Below, one piece after another: positions 12,141 through 24,759 of a DNA stretch of 64,000 bases (position 1 is the first letter of the stretch; each line of letters opens with the position of its first letter). The notes below the pieces were generated by a model. That model had not been told where the DNA came from, made no database searches, and saw only the letters and a program-made list of their open reading frames with translations. A program made the position numbers and the translations under genes. Origin of the DNA: Macrostomum hystrix (lineage: Eukaryota > Animalia > Platyhelminthes); assembly GCA_950097015.1 (NCBI GenBank), contig CATNEN010000003.1:6696001-6760000 (forward strand), read 5' to 3'.

Positions 12141-14136
12141 TATCATCCTTCGGGAAGCTATTTTGCTGCTTTAATATTATCATCCTTCGGGAAGCTATTT
12201 TGCTGCTTTAATATTATCATCCTTTGGGAAGCTATTTTGCTGCTTTAATATTATCATCCTTCGGGAAGCTATTTTGCTGCTTTAATATTATCATCCTTCG
12301 TGAAGCTATTTTGCTGCTTTAATATTATCATCCTTCGGGAAGCTTTTTTGCTGCTTTAATATTATCATCCTTTGGGAAGCTATTTTGCTGCTTTAATATT
12401 ATCATCCTTCGGGAAGCTATTTTGCTGCTTTAATATTATCATCCTTCGGGAAGCTATTTTGCTGCTTTAATATTATCATCCTTCGGGAAGCTATTTTGCT
12501 GCTTTAATATTATCATCCTTCGGGAAGCTATTTTGCTGCTTTAATATTATCATCCTTCGTGAAGCTATTTTGCTGCTTTAATATTATCATCCTTCGTGAA
12601 GCTATTTTGCTGCTTTAATATTATCATCCTTCGGGAAGCTATTTTGCTGCTTTAATATTATCATCCTTTGGGAAGCTATTTTGCTGCTTTAATATTATCA
12701 TCCTTCGGGAAGCTATTTTGCTGCTTTAATATTATCATCCTTCGGGAAGCTATTTTGCTGCTTTAATATTATCATCCTTCGGGAAGCTATTTTGCTGCTT
12801 TAATATTATCATCCTTTGGGAAGCTATTTTGCTGCTTTAATTTTATCATCCTTCGGGAAGCTTTTTTGCTGCTTTAATATTATCATCCTTCGGGAAGCTA
12901 TTTTGCTGCTTTAATATTATCATGCTTCGGGAAGCTATTTTGCTGCTTTAATATTATCATCCTTCGGGAAGCTATTTTGCTGCTTTAATATTATCATCCT
13001 TCGGGAAGCTATTTTGCTGCTTTAATATTATCATCCTTCGGGAAGCTATTTTGCTGCTTTAATATTATCATCCTTCGGGAAGCTATTTTGCTGCTTTAAT
13101 ATTATCATCCTTCGGGAAGCTATTTTGTTGCTTTAATATTATCATCCTTTGGGAAGCTTTTTTGCTGCTTTAATATTATCATCCTTCGGGAAGCTATTTT
13201 GCTGCTTTAATATTATCATCCTTCGGGAAGCCATTTTGCTGCTTTAATATTATCATCCTTCGGGAAGCTTTTTTGCTGCTTTAATATTATCATCCTTCGG
13301 GAAGCTATTTTGCTGCTTTAATATTATCATCCTTCGGGAAGCTTTTTTGCTGCTTTAATATTATCATCCTTCGGGAAGCTATTTTGCTGCTTTAATATTA
13401 TCATCCTTCGGGAAGCTATTTTGCTGCTTTAATATTATCATCCTTCGGGAAGCTATTTTGTTGCTTTAATATTATCATCCTTTGGGAAGCTATTTTGCTG
13501 CTTTAATATTATCATCCTTCGGGAAGCTATATTGCTGCTTTAATATTATCATCCTTCGGGAAGCTTTTTTGCTGCTTTAATATTATCATCCTTCGGGAAG
13601 CTATTTTGCTGCTTTAATATTATCATCCTTCGGGAAGCTTTTTTGCTGCTTTAATATTATCATCCTTCGGGAAGCTATTTTGCTGCTTTAATATTATCAT
13701 CCTTCGGGAAGCTTTTTTGCTGCTTTAATATTATCATCCTTCGGGAAGCTATTTTGCTGCTTTAATATTATCATCCTTCGGGAAGCTATATTGCTGCTTT
13801 AATATTATCATCCTTCGGGAAGCTTTTTTGCTGCTTTAATATTATCATCCTTCGGGAAGCTATTTTGCTGCTTTAATATTATCATCCTTCGGGAAGCTTT
13901 TTTGCTGCTTTAATATTATCATCCTTCGGGAAGCTATTTTGCTGCTTTAATATTATCATCCTTCGGGAAGCTTTTTTGCTGCTTTAATATTATCATCCTT
14001 CGGGAAGCTATTTTGCTGCTTTAATATTATCATCCTTCGGGAAGCTATTTTGCTGCTTTAATATTATCATCCTTCGGGAAGCTATTTTGCTGCTTTAATA
14101 TTATCATCCTTCGGGAAGCTATTTTGCTGCTTTAAT
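12141..14136. repeat. 37-bp minisatellite, about 54 copies, downstream of ALT-A
   Basis: atcatccttcgggaagctattttgctgctttaatatt. Confidence 0.95.
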
Positions 14137-14439
14137 AGCAGAAAAATCCACACAATGTGTAGACAAAAAGCAAACAAACAAATAACAAACAAGCTGAGAA
14201 AAAAATAGATAAATAAATATCACTGGGTTAATAGGGCTGAAGACTGGTTAAACTAGATTATTTTTTGCTGAAACAGCTTTCAAGAAACAAAATAACAGAT
14301 TATTGTCATGTTAAAACTAATATCTAAATTGAAATTCTCTATAAGACTCAGTGTAAATATGGCTGGTTTAAGCTTCATGAAATAATTAAAGTTTGCGTTT
14401 TTTAGTCATAAATCAAAATAAAAAATTTCACATTCATCT

Positions 14440-17113
14440 TCATTTGTAGCGACTGACGAAGCTCTCGTGAAACTCTTTAAACAGCTGCATGACTTTGCCA
14501 AGCTTATCAACTGGTGGCAAAATGGTCATCCTGTGGGAAAGTCAAAATAATTAAATGCGTTTTAAATGACGTCACTAATCATTCGAAAACTCCACAGTTA
14601 ATGTAAAAAACTGTTCTTTTTTACAACGAATCATTATTTGTAGTCCTATTTTCTTCAAATGACGTCACCAATACTAGAATTTTTTTCTGCTAATGACGTC
14701 ACTAATATTATCCGCTCCTAACAAAGACGTCACAAAAAAATTTCATGGTTTCTAAGAATGACGTCAATAATAATTTGATTGCTTTAATGAATGACGTCAC
14801 TAAAAGTTTGATTGCTACCAAGAATGACGTCACAAATAATTTGATTACTTTTATGAATGACGTTACTAATAACGTCACTAATAATTTGGTTGCCTCCACG
14901 AATAACGTAACTAATAATTTGATTGCTTTTATGAATGACGTCACTAATAATTTGATTGCCTCCACGAATGACGTCACTAATAGTTTGATTGCTACCAAGA
15001 ATGACGTCACTAATAATTAGATTGCTACCAAGAATGACGTCACTAATAGTTTGATTGCTACCAAGAATGACGTCACTAATAATTAGATTGCTACCAAGAA
15101 TGACGTCACTAATAATTAGATTGCTACCAAGAATGACGTCACTAATAATTAGATTGCTACCAAGAATGACGTCACTAATAATTTGATTGCTTCCATGAAG
15201 GACGTCACTAATAATTGAATTGCTTCCATGAAGGACGTCACTAATAATTGAATTGCTTCCACGAATCACATCACCAATAAGTTAAGAGTTTCGACAAATG
15301 ACGTCACTGATAAGTATATATTTTCTTACATGTTTCTAAATTCTAAACAAAAAATGCTTTTTTCCTACCAATGACGTCACCAAAGAATTACATTTTCTAC
15401 CAATGACGTCACCAATATTCTGATATTTTCTAACGATGACGTCATAAATCACGCAACATAGTTACCAGGCGACTTCAATATATGCATGTTGCCAACGATC
15501 AGCACTGACTTTTGGTCAATGCCGTCGTAAGTCAAGTGATCAAAAAATGATCCTAAAGAGATTTTAAAACTTGTTATACGCACCTGAAGTGAAAGGTTCC
15601 AGGCCGTTGACCGAAGCCGGAGCCAGGCACAACGCATACGCCCTTCTCCTCCAGCAGGGCGGTGCAGTACATCGCATCCGGCTGCATTCCCTTCGCCTTG
15701 GCCTCACCAATCAGCTTCTGTGGCAGCTCGATGCTGGGAAATGCGTACATCGCACCCTGCACCGGGTTGCAGCGCATACCGGCGATGCTGTTGAACGTCT
15801 CGGTTGCCATCCGTGCCTTCAGCGCCAGATCGCCCAGCACCTGGCTCTTCTCGCGCTCGTGCTGAGCGAATGACGGCTCGTCCGGCTTCGGCGGGTTCAC
15901 GATCACGTCAAGCATGGCCTGGCCCATGACAACGGAGCACAGGCGAGCGCTGAGCTGCTTGTAGAGCATAGCTTGAACATCTGGATCCATGTTCAGCAGC
16001 TCACAGTAGCCACCCCGAAAGCCGCACTCGCCCATGTAGCCTTTGCTGGCCGACATGAACGAGGCGAGCTCCAGCTCTTTGTAGTAGGTGTCGCCCAAAC
16101 TGTGCATTACCTGTATGATCAGGTGCGCATTTTGAGGGTTCATTTCAAGGTCAAGTGTAATTTTTAGCTTAGGGTATTATTCCTCAATGGGTCAAGTTCC
16201 TCAAGATAGTCAAGGTCAGTAAGTCGATGGGTCAAGTTCCTCAAGATAGTCAAGGTCAGCGAGTCAATGGGTCAAGTTCCTCAAGATAGTCAAGGTCAGC
16301 GAGTCAATGGGTCAAGATCCTCAAGATAGTCAAGGTCAGTAAGTCTATGGGTCAAGATCCTCAAGATAGTCAAGGTCAGCGAGTCGATGGGTCAAGATCC
16401 TCAAGATAGTCAAGGTCAGCGAGTCGATGGGTCAAGATCCTGAACTCACCTGCTTAAAGCTGAAGAACTTGGCACCCTCAGCGTAGACATTGTGCTGATA
16501 GACCTCATCAGCCAGAATGAATAGGCTTTTCTCCTTGGCGAATCGGATGACGTCTTCAATCACCTCCTTGCGCAACACCTGCCCAGTGGGATTGCCTGGA
16601 TTGATGACTACAAGAGCTCGAGGCTTGCAACGGGCGGCGCCTTCGTCGTAGGCTCTCCGCAATTCGGCCAAGCTAAGACTCCAGTTATCCGATTCGTCTA
16701 GATAGTAAGGCACTGACTGCAGATTGTACTGAGCAATGCTAGCTGTGTACAATGGATACTGGGGAATTGGGATCATGACGCCAGGCTGGTTGATCCCATC
16801 CTCACCAGTGGCTAGTAGCTCCAGCACTGCTTTCACCGCCTCGCTGGCGCCGCTAGTCAGGAAGATGTCCTCAGGATTGGCCGGGATGCCGTCTCTGAGG
16901 TGAGTCAGTTGGAGCGAGTTTGGACGAAACAATGGGATGACAAGATGGAACTGGGAATTGGAAAGAGTGATTCGTCGCAGGTGGGGTAGTTAAGTAGATA
17001 GATAATAGAAATGATGCTGATAGGCAGAGAAAGGCAGATAAGGAAACACAGACAGAGAAATAGACAGACAGACAGACAAGCAGAGAGGGAAAGACAGAGT
17101 GGGAAATACAGAA

Positions 17114-17154
<41 letters not shown>

Positions 17155-17793
17155 GGAAAATACAGACAGACAGGGAAAAACTGACGGAGAGACAGACAGA
17201 CAGAAAGACAGACAAATACAGACAGACAGAGAGAGAGAGAAAAACAGACAGACAGGAAAATACAGACAGACAGGGAAATAAAGACAGACGGACAGGGAAA
17301 AACAGAGAGACAGTGAGACAGGAAAAGACAAGACAGACAGGGGAAGGCAGGCAAGTCTCAGTGGGCAAGAGATTCAGGGGGCCCACCTGGCTTCTATGTA
17401 CTTGGCGCAGTCCTCTCTAATCACTTGGACACCGCAGGAGGCACTGTAGGAGCCGACGCTGTGACCGCCGCAGTCGTTGAGAATACGCCTAGCTCGCTCC
17501 TTGGCATCGGTGGGATAACGATCCGATTCCAACAGGCTGGGATCAGCTAGCAGGGCCATCACCTGGCGCAGAAACGTGATTGGTTGCTGGCCCATAGCGT
17601 GACAATCGCCAATGTTGCACCTGATAACCTCCGTGAACGGTTTCTTAACGCCGGATTTTAATTCCTTCTCAATCTGAGTAGCCCTGGCCACAATGGGACC
17701 GCGAACAGCGTACTCCAAGCGTTTGATGCAGGGATTCATTGACTCCAGTGTGAGCACGCTTGAGCCACTCTTTTTACCTGACACTTGCTGCAT
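14440..17793 (-). CDS. GPT: Alanine aminotransferase (ALT/GPT family), paralogue A; exons 17793-17387, 16894-16450, 16110-15584, 14530-14440; 489 aa
   Basis: Motifs [55 protein letters not shown] (PLP lysine), GAMYAFP and [20 protein letters not shown]. Three GT-AG introns with consistent phases. Confidence 0.95.
14560..15450. repeat. 33-bp minisatellite containing TGACGTCA, ALT-A intron 3
   Basis: aatgacgtcactaataattagattgctaccaag. Confidence 0.9.
16185..16441. repeat. 40-bp minisatellite, ALT-A intron 2
   Basis: atgggtcaagttcctcaagatagtcaaggtcagtaagtcg, about 6 copies. Confidence 0.92.
17040..17345. repeat. (GACA)n-based complex microsatellite, ALT-A intron 1
   Basis: Directly visible. 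Confidence 0.85.
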
Positions 17794-17949
17794 TCTTTCT
17801 GGTCTGTCTTTTTCTGCTTTTGATTAAGACGAAGATCCTTGGTAAATGATTGTTTAAACGTTGACTTAGCACTGAAAATTTATTAGGCGTATAAATTTTG
17901 GACATTATTACTAATCAAGTTTGGGATCTAGCGGAAGCATTGTGGCATC

Positions 17950-18460
17950 TATTTGGATTATAGTCGGGTCTAATGTCATTAGTGTGGGATGAAATAAGAT
18001 TAGTTGTGGGATCAAACGGGATTTGCGTGGGATCGGATTAGTGTGTGAAAATGGTCGGGTTAGTTCAGGGTCTAGTCGGATTAGTGTGGGATTATGGTCG
18101 GATTATTAAATTATATAATCAGATTAATGTCGGATGTGCAGTATGTATCAGATTAGTTTGAGATCTAATCGGATTATTGTAGGATTATGGTCGGATTAGT
18201 GAGATTATGGTCGGATTAGTGTGAGATTGTGGTTGGATTAGTGTGAGATTGTGGTCGGATTAGTGTGAGATTGTGGTCGGATTAGGGTGAGATTGTGGTA
18301 TGAGATTTTGGTTGGATTACTGTGAGATTATGGTCGGATTAGGGTGAGATTGTGGTCGGATTGGTGTGAAATTATGGTCGGATTAGTGTGAGATTGTGGT
18401 TGGATTAGTGTGAGATTGTGGTCGGATTAGTGTGAGATTGTGGTTGGATTAGCATGGGAA
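17950..18460. repeat. 22-bp minisatellite between ALT-B and ALT-A
   Basis: ggattagtgtgagattgtggtc. Confidence 0.85.
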
Positions 18461-18838
18461 TCTAATCGGCTTATAATGGTATCACGAGTACAATTAAGAA
18501 AATTATATCAACTTGTGGATTTCGAATATTCAAAGAATTGTAAAGCCACAAGTAAAAAAAAAGATTGAAAATCAACGAAAAAATTAATTTTATATTGTAG
18601 AATCTTCGAGCACAAAAAAAACAAAAGAAGCTGGGAACACATATTATGCAGTTGATAATTAATTGATTAAGATACTATTCGCGTAAAAGAAAATATTCTA
18701 TAGAGTCAAAATTAAAAATTAAAAAAAATGTTATGTCACGCATACGATAATTTTTTGTCTTACTGTATTCGCAGTGATTTATTGCAAGCTTCTAAAGTCG
18801 CAAAAGTTACACAAGACTGTCAGTTTTCTTGTGTCTCA

Positions 18839-20772
18839 TTAGGCGTACCTTTGAACATAGCTATGATGAAAGTCTCTTAACAGTTCCATCACTGTCTGCA
18901 GCTTTTCCAATGGCGGCAGAATCGTCATTCTGAAAGAAAGCGAACACATTAAATTATTGACTAAAGTTCATCTCAAGTTTAACTTAATTTATTAAATAGG
19001 CTAAGATGACTCCAGACAATACTTAACCTCTTCAGTCAATCAAAAACTACGTCAGGTATCTCAATCTAATATTACTTCAGGTAATCTAATATTACTTCAG
19101 GTAATCTAATATGACTTCAGGTAATCTAATATTACTTTAGGTAATCAAACAAGATTTGAGTTAATCTAATATGACTTAGGGTCAGTAGGTCGTTAATAGG
19201 AACGAAAGCTAATATTGAAATATATATATAATAAATAAAGTCGCACCTGAAGTGAAAGGTTCCAGGCCGTTGACCGAAGCCGGAGCCAGCTACAACGCAG
19301 ACGCCCTTCTCCTCCAGCAGGGCGGTGCAGTACATCGCATCCGGCTGCATTCCCTTCGCCTTGGCCTCACTAATCAGTTTCTGAGGCAGCTCGATGCTGG
19401 GAAATGCGTACATCGCACCCTGCACCGGGTTGCAGCGCATACCGGCGATGCTGTTGAATGTCTCGGTGGCCATCCGTGCCTTCAGCGCCAGATCGCCCAG
19501 CACCTGGCTCTTCTCGCGCTCGTGCTGAGCGAATGACGGCTCGTCCGGCTTCGGCGGGTTCACGATCACGTCAAGCATGGCCTGGCCAGCGACTGACGGA
19601 CAAATCCGATTGGACAGCTGGCGGTGCAGCAGCCGCTTCAGCTGCGGGTCCGGGTTCAGCAGCTCGCAGTAGCCGCCGCGGAATCCACACTCGCCAGCGT
19701 AGCCTTTGCTGGCTGACATTAGAGAGGCCAGTTGCACAGAGGTCAGGTACTCGGTACCCATGCTATGCAGCACCTAGACGAAACGGCGAGATGGACAAGA
19801 AGTATATGCTGCAGAAGTTATTTATTGTAAAGTACACAACAAGTACTTTTAATCAAGCGTCTTAATTAACAGAGGCGTTCCTTTAAGTGATGAATGGCAT
19901 TTCACCTGTTTAACACTAAAGAATTTGGCGTCCTCAGCATAGACATTGTGCTGATAGACCTCATCAGCAAGGATTAATAGGTCTTTCTCTTTGGCGAATC
20001 GGATGACGTCTTCAATAACCTCCTTGCGCAAAACCTGTCCAGTGGGATTGCCCGGATTGATGACTACTAGAACGCGAGGTAAGCAACTACCTGCAGCTTC
20101 ATCGTAAGCTCGATGCAGTTCATCTAAATTCAAACTCCAATTGTCCGATTCGTCCAAATAGTATGGCACAGCTTGAAGATTGTATTGCGTTATGGTGGCT
20201 GTGTACAATGGATACTGCGGTATCGGAATCATAACGCCATAGTGCAAGCCGGGCTTATCGCCATCAACACAATTATTAAACGGCTGCATTCTAGCAAACA
20301 CCTGCAGCAGCTCTTTGATCAACTCGCCAGCGCCAGTGCTCAGTATGATGTCATCTGGATCGCAGGGCACACCTTCGTCCCTTGCCTGGATATAACTAGC
20401 GCAGTCCTGACGAATTATAGGCAGACCAAGGGCTGGACTGTAGCATTCCAGGCCATGACAGGCTTCAAGAAAGCGCTTAGCTCGATGCTTCGCATCCGAC
20501 GGATAATCGTTCGAATCTAGCAAGCTGGGCTCCGTAATAAGTGCCAACACCTGCCGTAGGAAACTAATAGGCTTCTGGCCCATGGCGTGACAATCGCCAA
20601 CATTGCACCAGATCAATTCTTTGAATGGTTTTTTATATAATCCGCTTTCTAATTCGCGTTGAATTTCCAAAGCTTTGGCAACGATAGGACCTCTAACTGC
20701 GTATTCAATGTGCTGAATGTAAGGATTCATAGTCGATGGATTGAGAACGAAATCTGAGTCTGTCGTAGGCAT
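18839..20772 (-). CDS. GPT: Alanine aminotransferase paralogue B; exons 20772-19906, 19773-19247, 18929-18839; 494 aa
   Basis: Same ALT motifs ([43 protein letters not shown]). Two GT-AG introns at the same positions as ALT-A introns 2 and 3. Confidence 0.93.
19062..19180. repeat. 20-bp short array, ALT-B intron 2
   Basis: atctaatattacttcaggta. Confidence 0.8.
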
Positions 20773-21419
20773 GGCTTTGTATTATTTGTTTTTTAATGTG
20801 CTTCTTAAAAATTAACAAATACCTGAAGTGTTGGTTGGGGTTAAAATACATTTTATTGATAAGTCACATAAAAAGTCAGAAAGTCTTCAACTTTGTATAC
20901 TCCAGCGTTCTCCAATGGATCATGCGGATCATGCTAATATTTACTTTTAAACTGGTGAAACCAAGATACTTGTTGATACCTATTAGTGATGTTTTACTTG
21001 ACAGAATTAACTTCTGATATACTCAATACACCACATAGTTGAATAATATACTACGACATATACAGTATAGCATGAGTTTAAAAATGTAAAAATATTTATG
21101 CGCCTAAATAGAAAAGGATTCCTGTTTTAACAAAACTGCAAGAATTCAAAACACTGATGGTAGAAAAAACGATCGTAATATAATATAATAATACTGATAA
21201 TAATAATAGTATAATAATATAATATAATACTGATCAGGAAACAAAAGACAAATTTCTACTGAAATTTAGTGATACTGTGACTATACGTGAAATTATTCAT
21301 ATCATAGTTAAGTAGCAAAACTGTTTAATCTGAGGTAGGGCAAATCTAAAAAAGTTTTAATATTGCAATTCATATCATAGAGCACTGATGAAAGCTTTGA
21401 AACCCGCTAGAATGACCAT

Positions 21420-23403
21420 CTAGTAGTAGCGGTTCAGAAAATCTTCGTAAAACTCTTTGATTGTCTTCAGGACATCAATTTTTTTCCACAGGCGGTAGTA
21501 TTGTCCTTATAAAATCGACTGACGGACAAATCCGGCAGCGGGTCCGGGTTCAGCAGCTCGCAGTAGCCGCCGCGGAATCCACACTCGCCAGCGTAGCCCT
21601 TGCTGGCTGACATTAGATAATTAATTGCTGGCTGAGAGTTAATACAGGAAGCACAGTCGGTGCGGTAACGTCCTTACGTTTGACACTTTTGAAGTTAAGC
21701 TAACATTTGTATTTCCTACCACATACTGACCTGGCCAAAATCGTCACCTCTCGTCGGCTTTTAACAGCAAGCAGAAGAATTACACAAGAAAATGAATTTC
21801 TTGCCTTCGGTGTTTGCTAATGTTAATTTATATGCTATATCTGGGAATTCGCGTCACTTTATGGTAGACAAGAGATGACTAGATATTTCTAGTTAGCAGA
21901 TCCATTAACACCTGGGCATTCCGACTTCCGGTCATTTAGTTTATGATTTGTAGTGACGAAAGGCCTGAACTTAACTGACCCTAAACTTGGTGTATTGCCA
22001 GCAGAGAGTGTGCTACTGAAGTCTTGGGTAATGTAAACATTTTCGATTTTTTACTGATTGTTCTGTAATTTAAGGAATTATTGCTTTTCTCACAATGTAT
22101 TTTTTGCTCATCAATAGGTCTTTAAATCGTGAACAGCAATTCCATATATCATGAAAGTAGTAAAACGAACAGCAGAAACGCATACCCAACCTAATACTCT
22201 GTACTCCTTCAGTGTAGACATTGTGCTGATGGACTTCGTCGGCCATAATAAACAGATTATTTTCTTTAGCAAATCGAATAACATCCTTGATTGCTTACTT
22301 TTTAAGCACCTGTCCAGTTGATTTTTCCTGGATTAATCACAACGAATACACATGGCAGACAATGGTTAGTCAAAGCTTCGTCAAATGTTCTACGTAGCTA
22401 AGCTATACTCAGACTCCGATTGTCTACCTCGTTCAGATAGTACGGAACTGGCTGTAAGTCGTATTTGACAAACCATGTATAACGGATATTGCGGTATGGG
22501 TATTACTCGTATGACTCCAAACAGCGATTTTGCTGCAGTTTGACAAGCGGAAAATGCTTCAAGAATCTCTCTAAGCGTCGTCGGGGTTTCTGGTGGCAAA
22601 AACCATCAAAAGAAGGCAAGATTTTCTGCTTAAATTTTTATCATGTAACCATGTCGACTATTATTGTTGATTGTATTGTATTGATTTGAAATGATGCCAC
22701 GGGGGATTAGCGTGGTATTTTTACTGTTAATGCTAGTTCAAACTGCTGTCAAGTTAACTGTTTTAGTGAGTAATGAATTTAAGAATTCATAAATAAATAT
22801 CATCAACAATTTACAATCGTATATTCTGGCCTGGTTTAATGGCAGTGAGAATGCAAGCCCATATTCCTTATTGTACACGAGGTAAAGTAATTTTAGGCGC
22901 TAGGCCCTATATTGTTTCTATTACCAATTTCGAAGTCAGACAATAAGTCCATTGCTATTCTGTAAGCATTTTACAATTTAGACTATTTGAAATATTACTG
23001 AGTTGATTAAAACAGCAACTTTCAGTCAGCACTTAATAAACAAAACTACCTGGCGCAGTCATTTCGAATGACAGGCAAACCCATCGCTGGACAATCGTCC
23101 AGAATTCGTCTAGCACACATTTTTTGCATCAAATGGATAGTCATCTGACTCTAAGAGATTAGGATCAATAATTAGCGCCATAACTTGTCGAAGAAAACTG
23201 ATTGGCTTTTGACCAGAGGCGTGACAGTCGCCTAAGCTGCACTAGATCACCTCACTAAATGGCTTTGGCATGCCAGAAACCAATTCTTGCTCCATCTGCA
23301 TGGCTCTGGTTACAAACAAGCCATGGACTGTGTAGTCAACATGAATTAAAAGTGGATTCTTTGTATCTGGCTTCATAATGAAATCTCTATTTATTGCCTG
23401 CAG
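21420..23403 (-). pseudogene. Alanine aminotransferase pseudogene (paralogue C)
   Basis: Fragments: [27 protein letters not shown] (stop at 23242 where ALT-B has Trp), [37 protein letters not shown], a short [24 protein letters not shown] piece, and a frameshifted last exon (RTILPPVEK..EFYEDFLNRYY*). Multiple stops, frameshifts and a large deletion. Confidence 0.9.
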
Positions 23404-23530
23404 ATATGTCTGACCCAATAGGGTCAGATGTGCAGCGGACACACAGCCGCAGCTATTGCGCGGCGCATCTGAAGGCTGCGTACAGCTGTTCAGTCCATGG
23501 ACTGAGGAGACGCCACACCTACTTTCAATT

Positions 23531-24467
23531 ATCCCAGCTGATTCTGGCACCCATTTAACAGCTGGGTGAACTGAAGCAATTCAGAGTTAAGTGTCTTGCT
23601 AAAGGACACAAATTGTTCCAGCGGAATTAGTGTGGTGACTGGGCTGAATGAAAGTGCCCAGTGCACCGTGTGTGAGTGCGCTGCACCCCCCGCACTTGGC
23701 TGTTTATTCTTTATCTCGGCCTGCGCCGCGCTGATTGGCTGGGCCATTTCGACCCTGCGCCTCTCCCCCTGTTGTTGTTCACTCGGCCGGATTACACCGG
23801 TTGATGTACCCTCCCTCCCCCCTAGTTATTTATGTCGTGCGCTGCGCTGATTGGCGGGCTGTGTTTTTTGGGGGTCTAGGGTCTGCCCTGGCCCCTCGGG
23901 GTGGGGCTTTAGCCCCGGGCTCTCCCCCCCGCCGCGGTGCTATTTATTGTGGAGCGCTGGACCCTGGCCTCTGCCACCGTCGGCCCCCCTCAAGACAACT
24001 ACGTGCGACACCTAAAATCACGACTGCCTGCCCCCCCTCTACGGGAACGCTGCCCTGTCTGAGTCTCACTACTCGACTGACTAACAATATACGAGCTTGA
24101 CTTCCGGTCATCCGGCCTTGCCTGCGCCGCGCGACTGTGCGAATTTCTGTTTGGTAAGCCTTCGACTCCGCGTTTGTCCTTTGCGGGCTAGCTTTAGGCA
24201 CCTTAGAGGAAGTGGAGCGTCGTACGCCGATCCCCGCCTCAACCAGTGTGCGTCGTACGCTCGCTGAACGCCGTCGTGCGTCGTACGCTCGATCTGCCTA
24301 GCCCAACCGACTGTGTCGTACGCGGGTCGGTGGGGACGACCGTAGCCAGGGTCAGTACGCGAGCCCGGGTCCGTGGGGCGCCCCTGGGGATTGAGCCCTC
24401 GAGCCCCATCATCACATTAGGAATCGAACTCCCGACCTTCAAGTTGTGAGTCCGAGGTCCTAAGCAC
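23531..24467 (-). mobile_element. Second SINE copy, split by the solo-LTR insertion
   Basis: Removing 23631-24420 restores aattgttccagcggaattaggaatcgaactcccgaccttcaag, which is colinear with 4173-4215. The tail may extend to about 23410. Confidence 0.8.
23631..24416 (-). mobile_element. Probable solo LTR (786 bp, Ty3/Gypsy-like)
   Basis: TGTGGTGA...TCATCACA termini (TG..CA, imperfect inverted repeat) and a 4-bp TSD ttag (23627-23630, 24417-24420). GC-rich, with AATAAA on the minus strand near 23703; orientation is inferred. Confidence 0.75.
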
Positions 24468-24759
24468 AATATATTTAATGTATTAATAGTGTAATAGGGC
24501 TTCGTCACATTGCAAATATTATAAGGACCAGTTAAAGATAGATGGAAGCTATCAACTATACAGAAAACTTCAGAAAGAGGTCTTTTGATCGACACTAAGT
24601 TTATTAATTTATTTTGAGGAAAACATGAGTTGCACAAGAATCAAAGTTGCGGCTAAATCTTAGGGTGTCAAAAGTTACAGGCAGACCACCCTTGGCATTT
24701 GAATAGGTCCAGTCTTTGGCCTGGAAGATATATACAGGATTACTGGCCCCCCTGACAAG

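Noticed and set aside
21380-21420. Hammerhead-like CTGATGA..GAAAC
   Set aside because: No stem III, NUH cleavage triplet or stem I partner can be formed.
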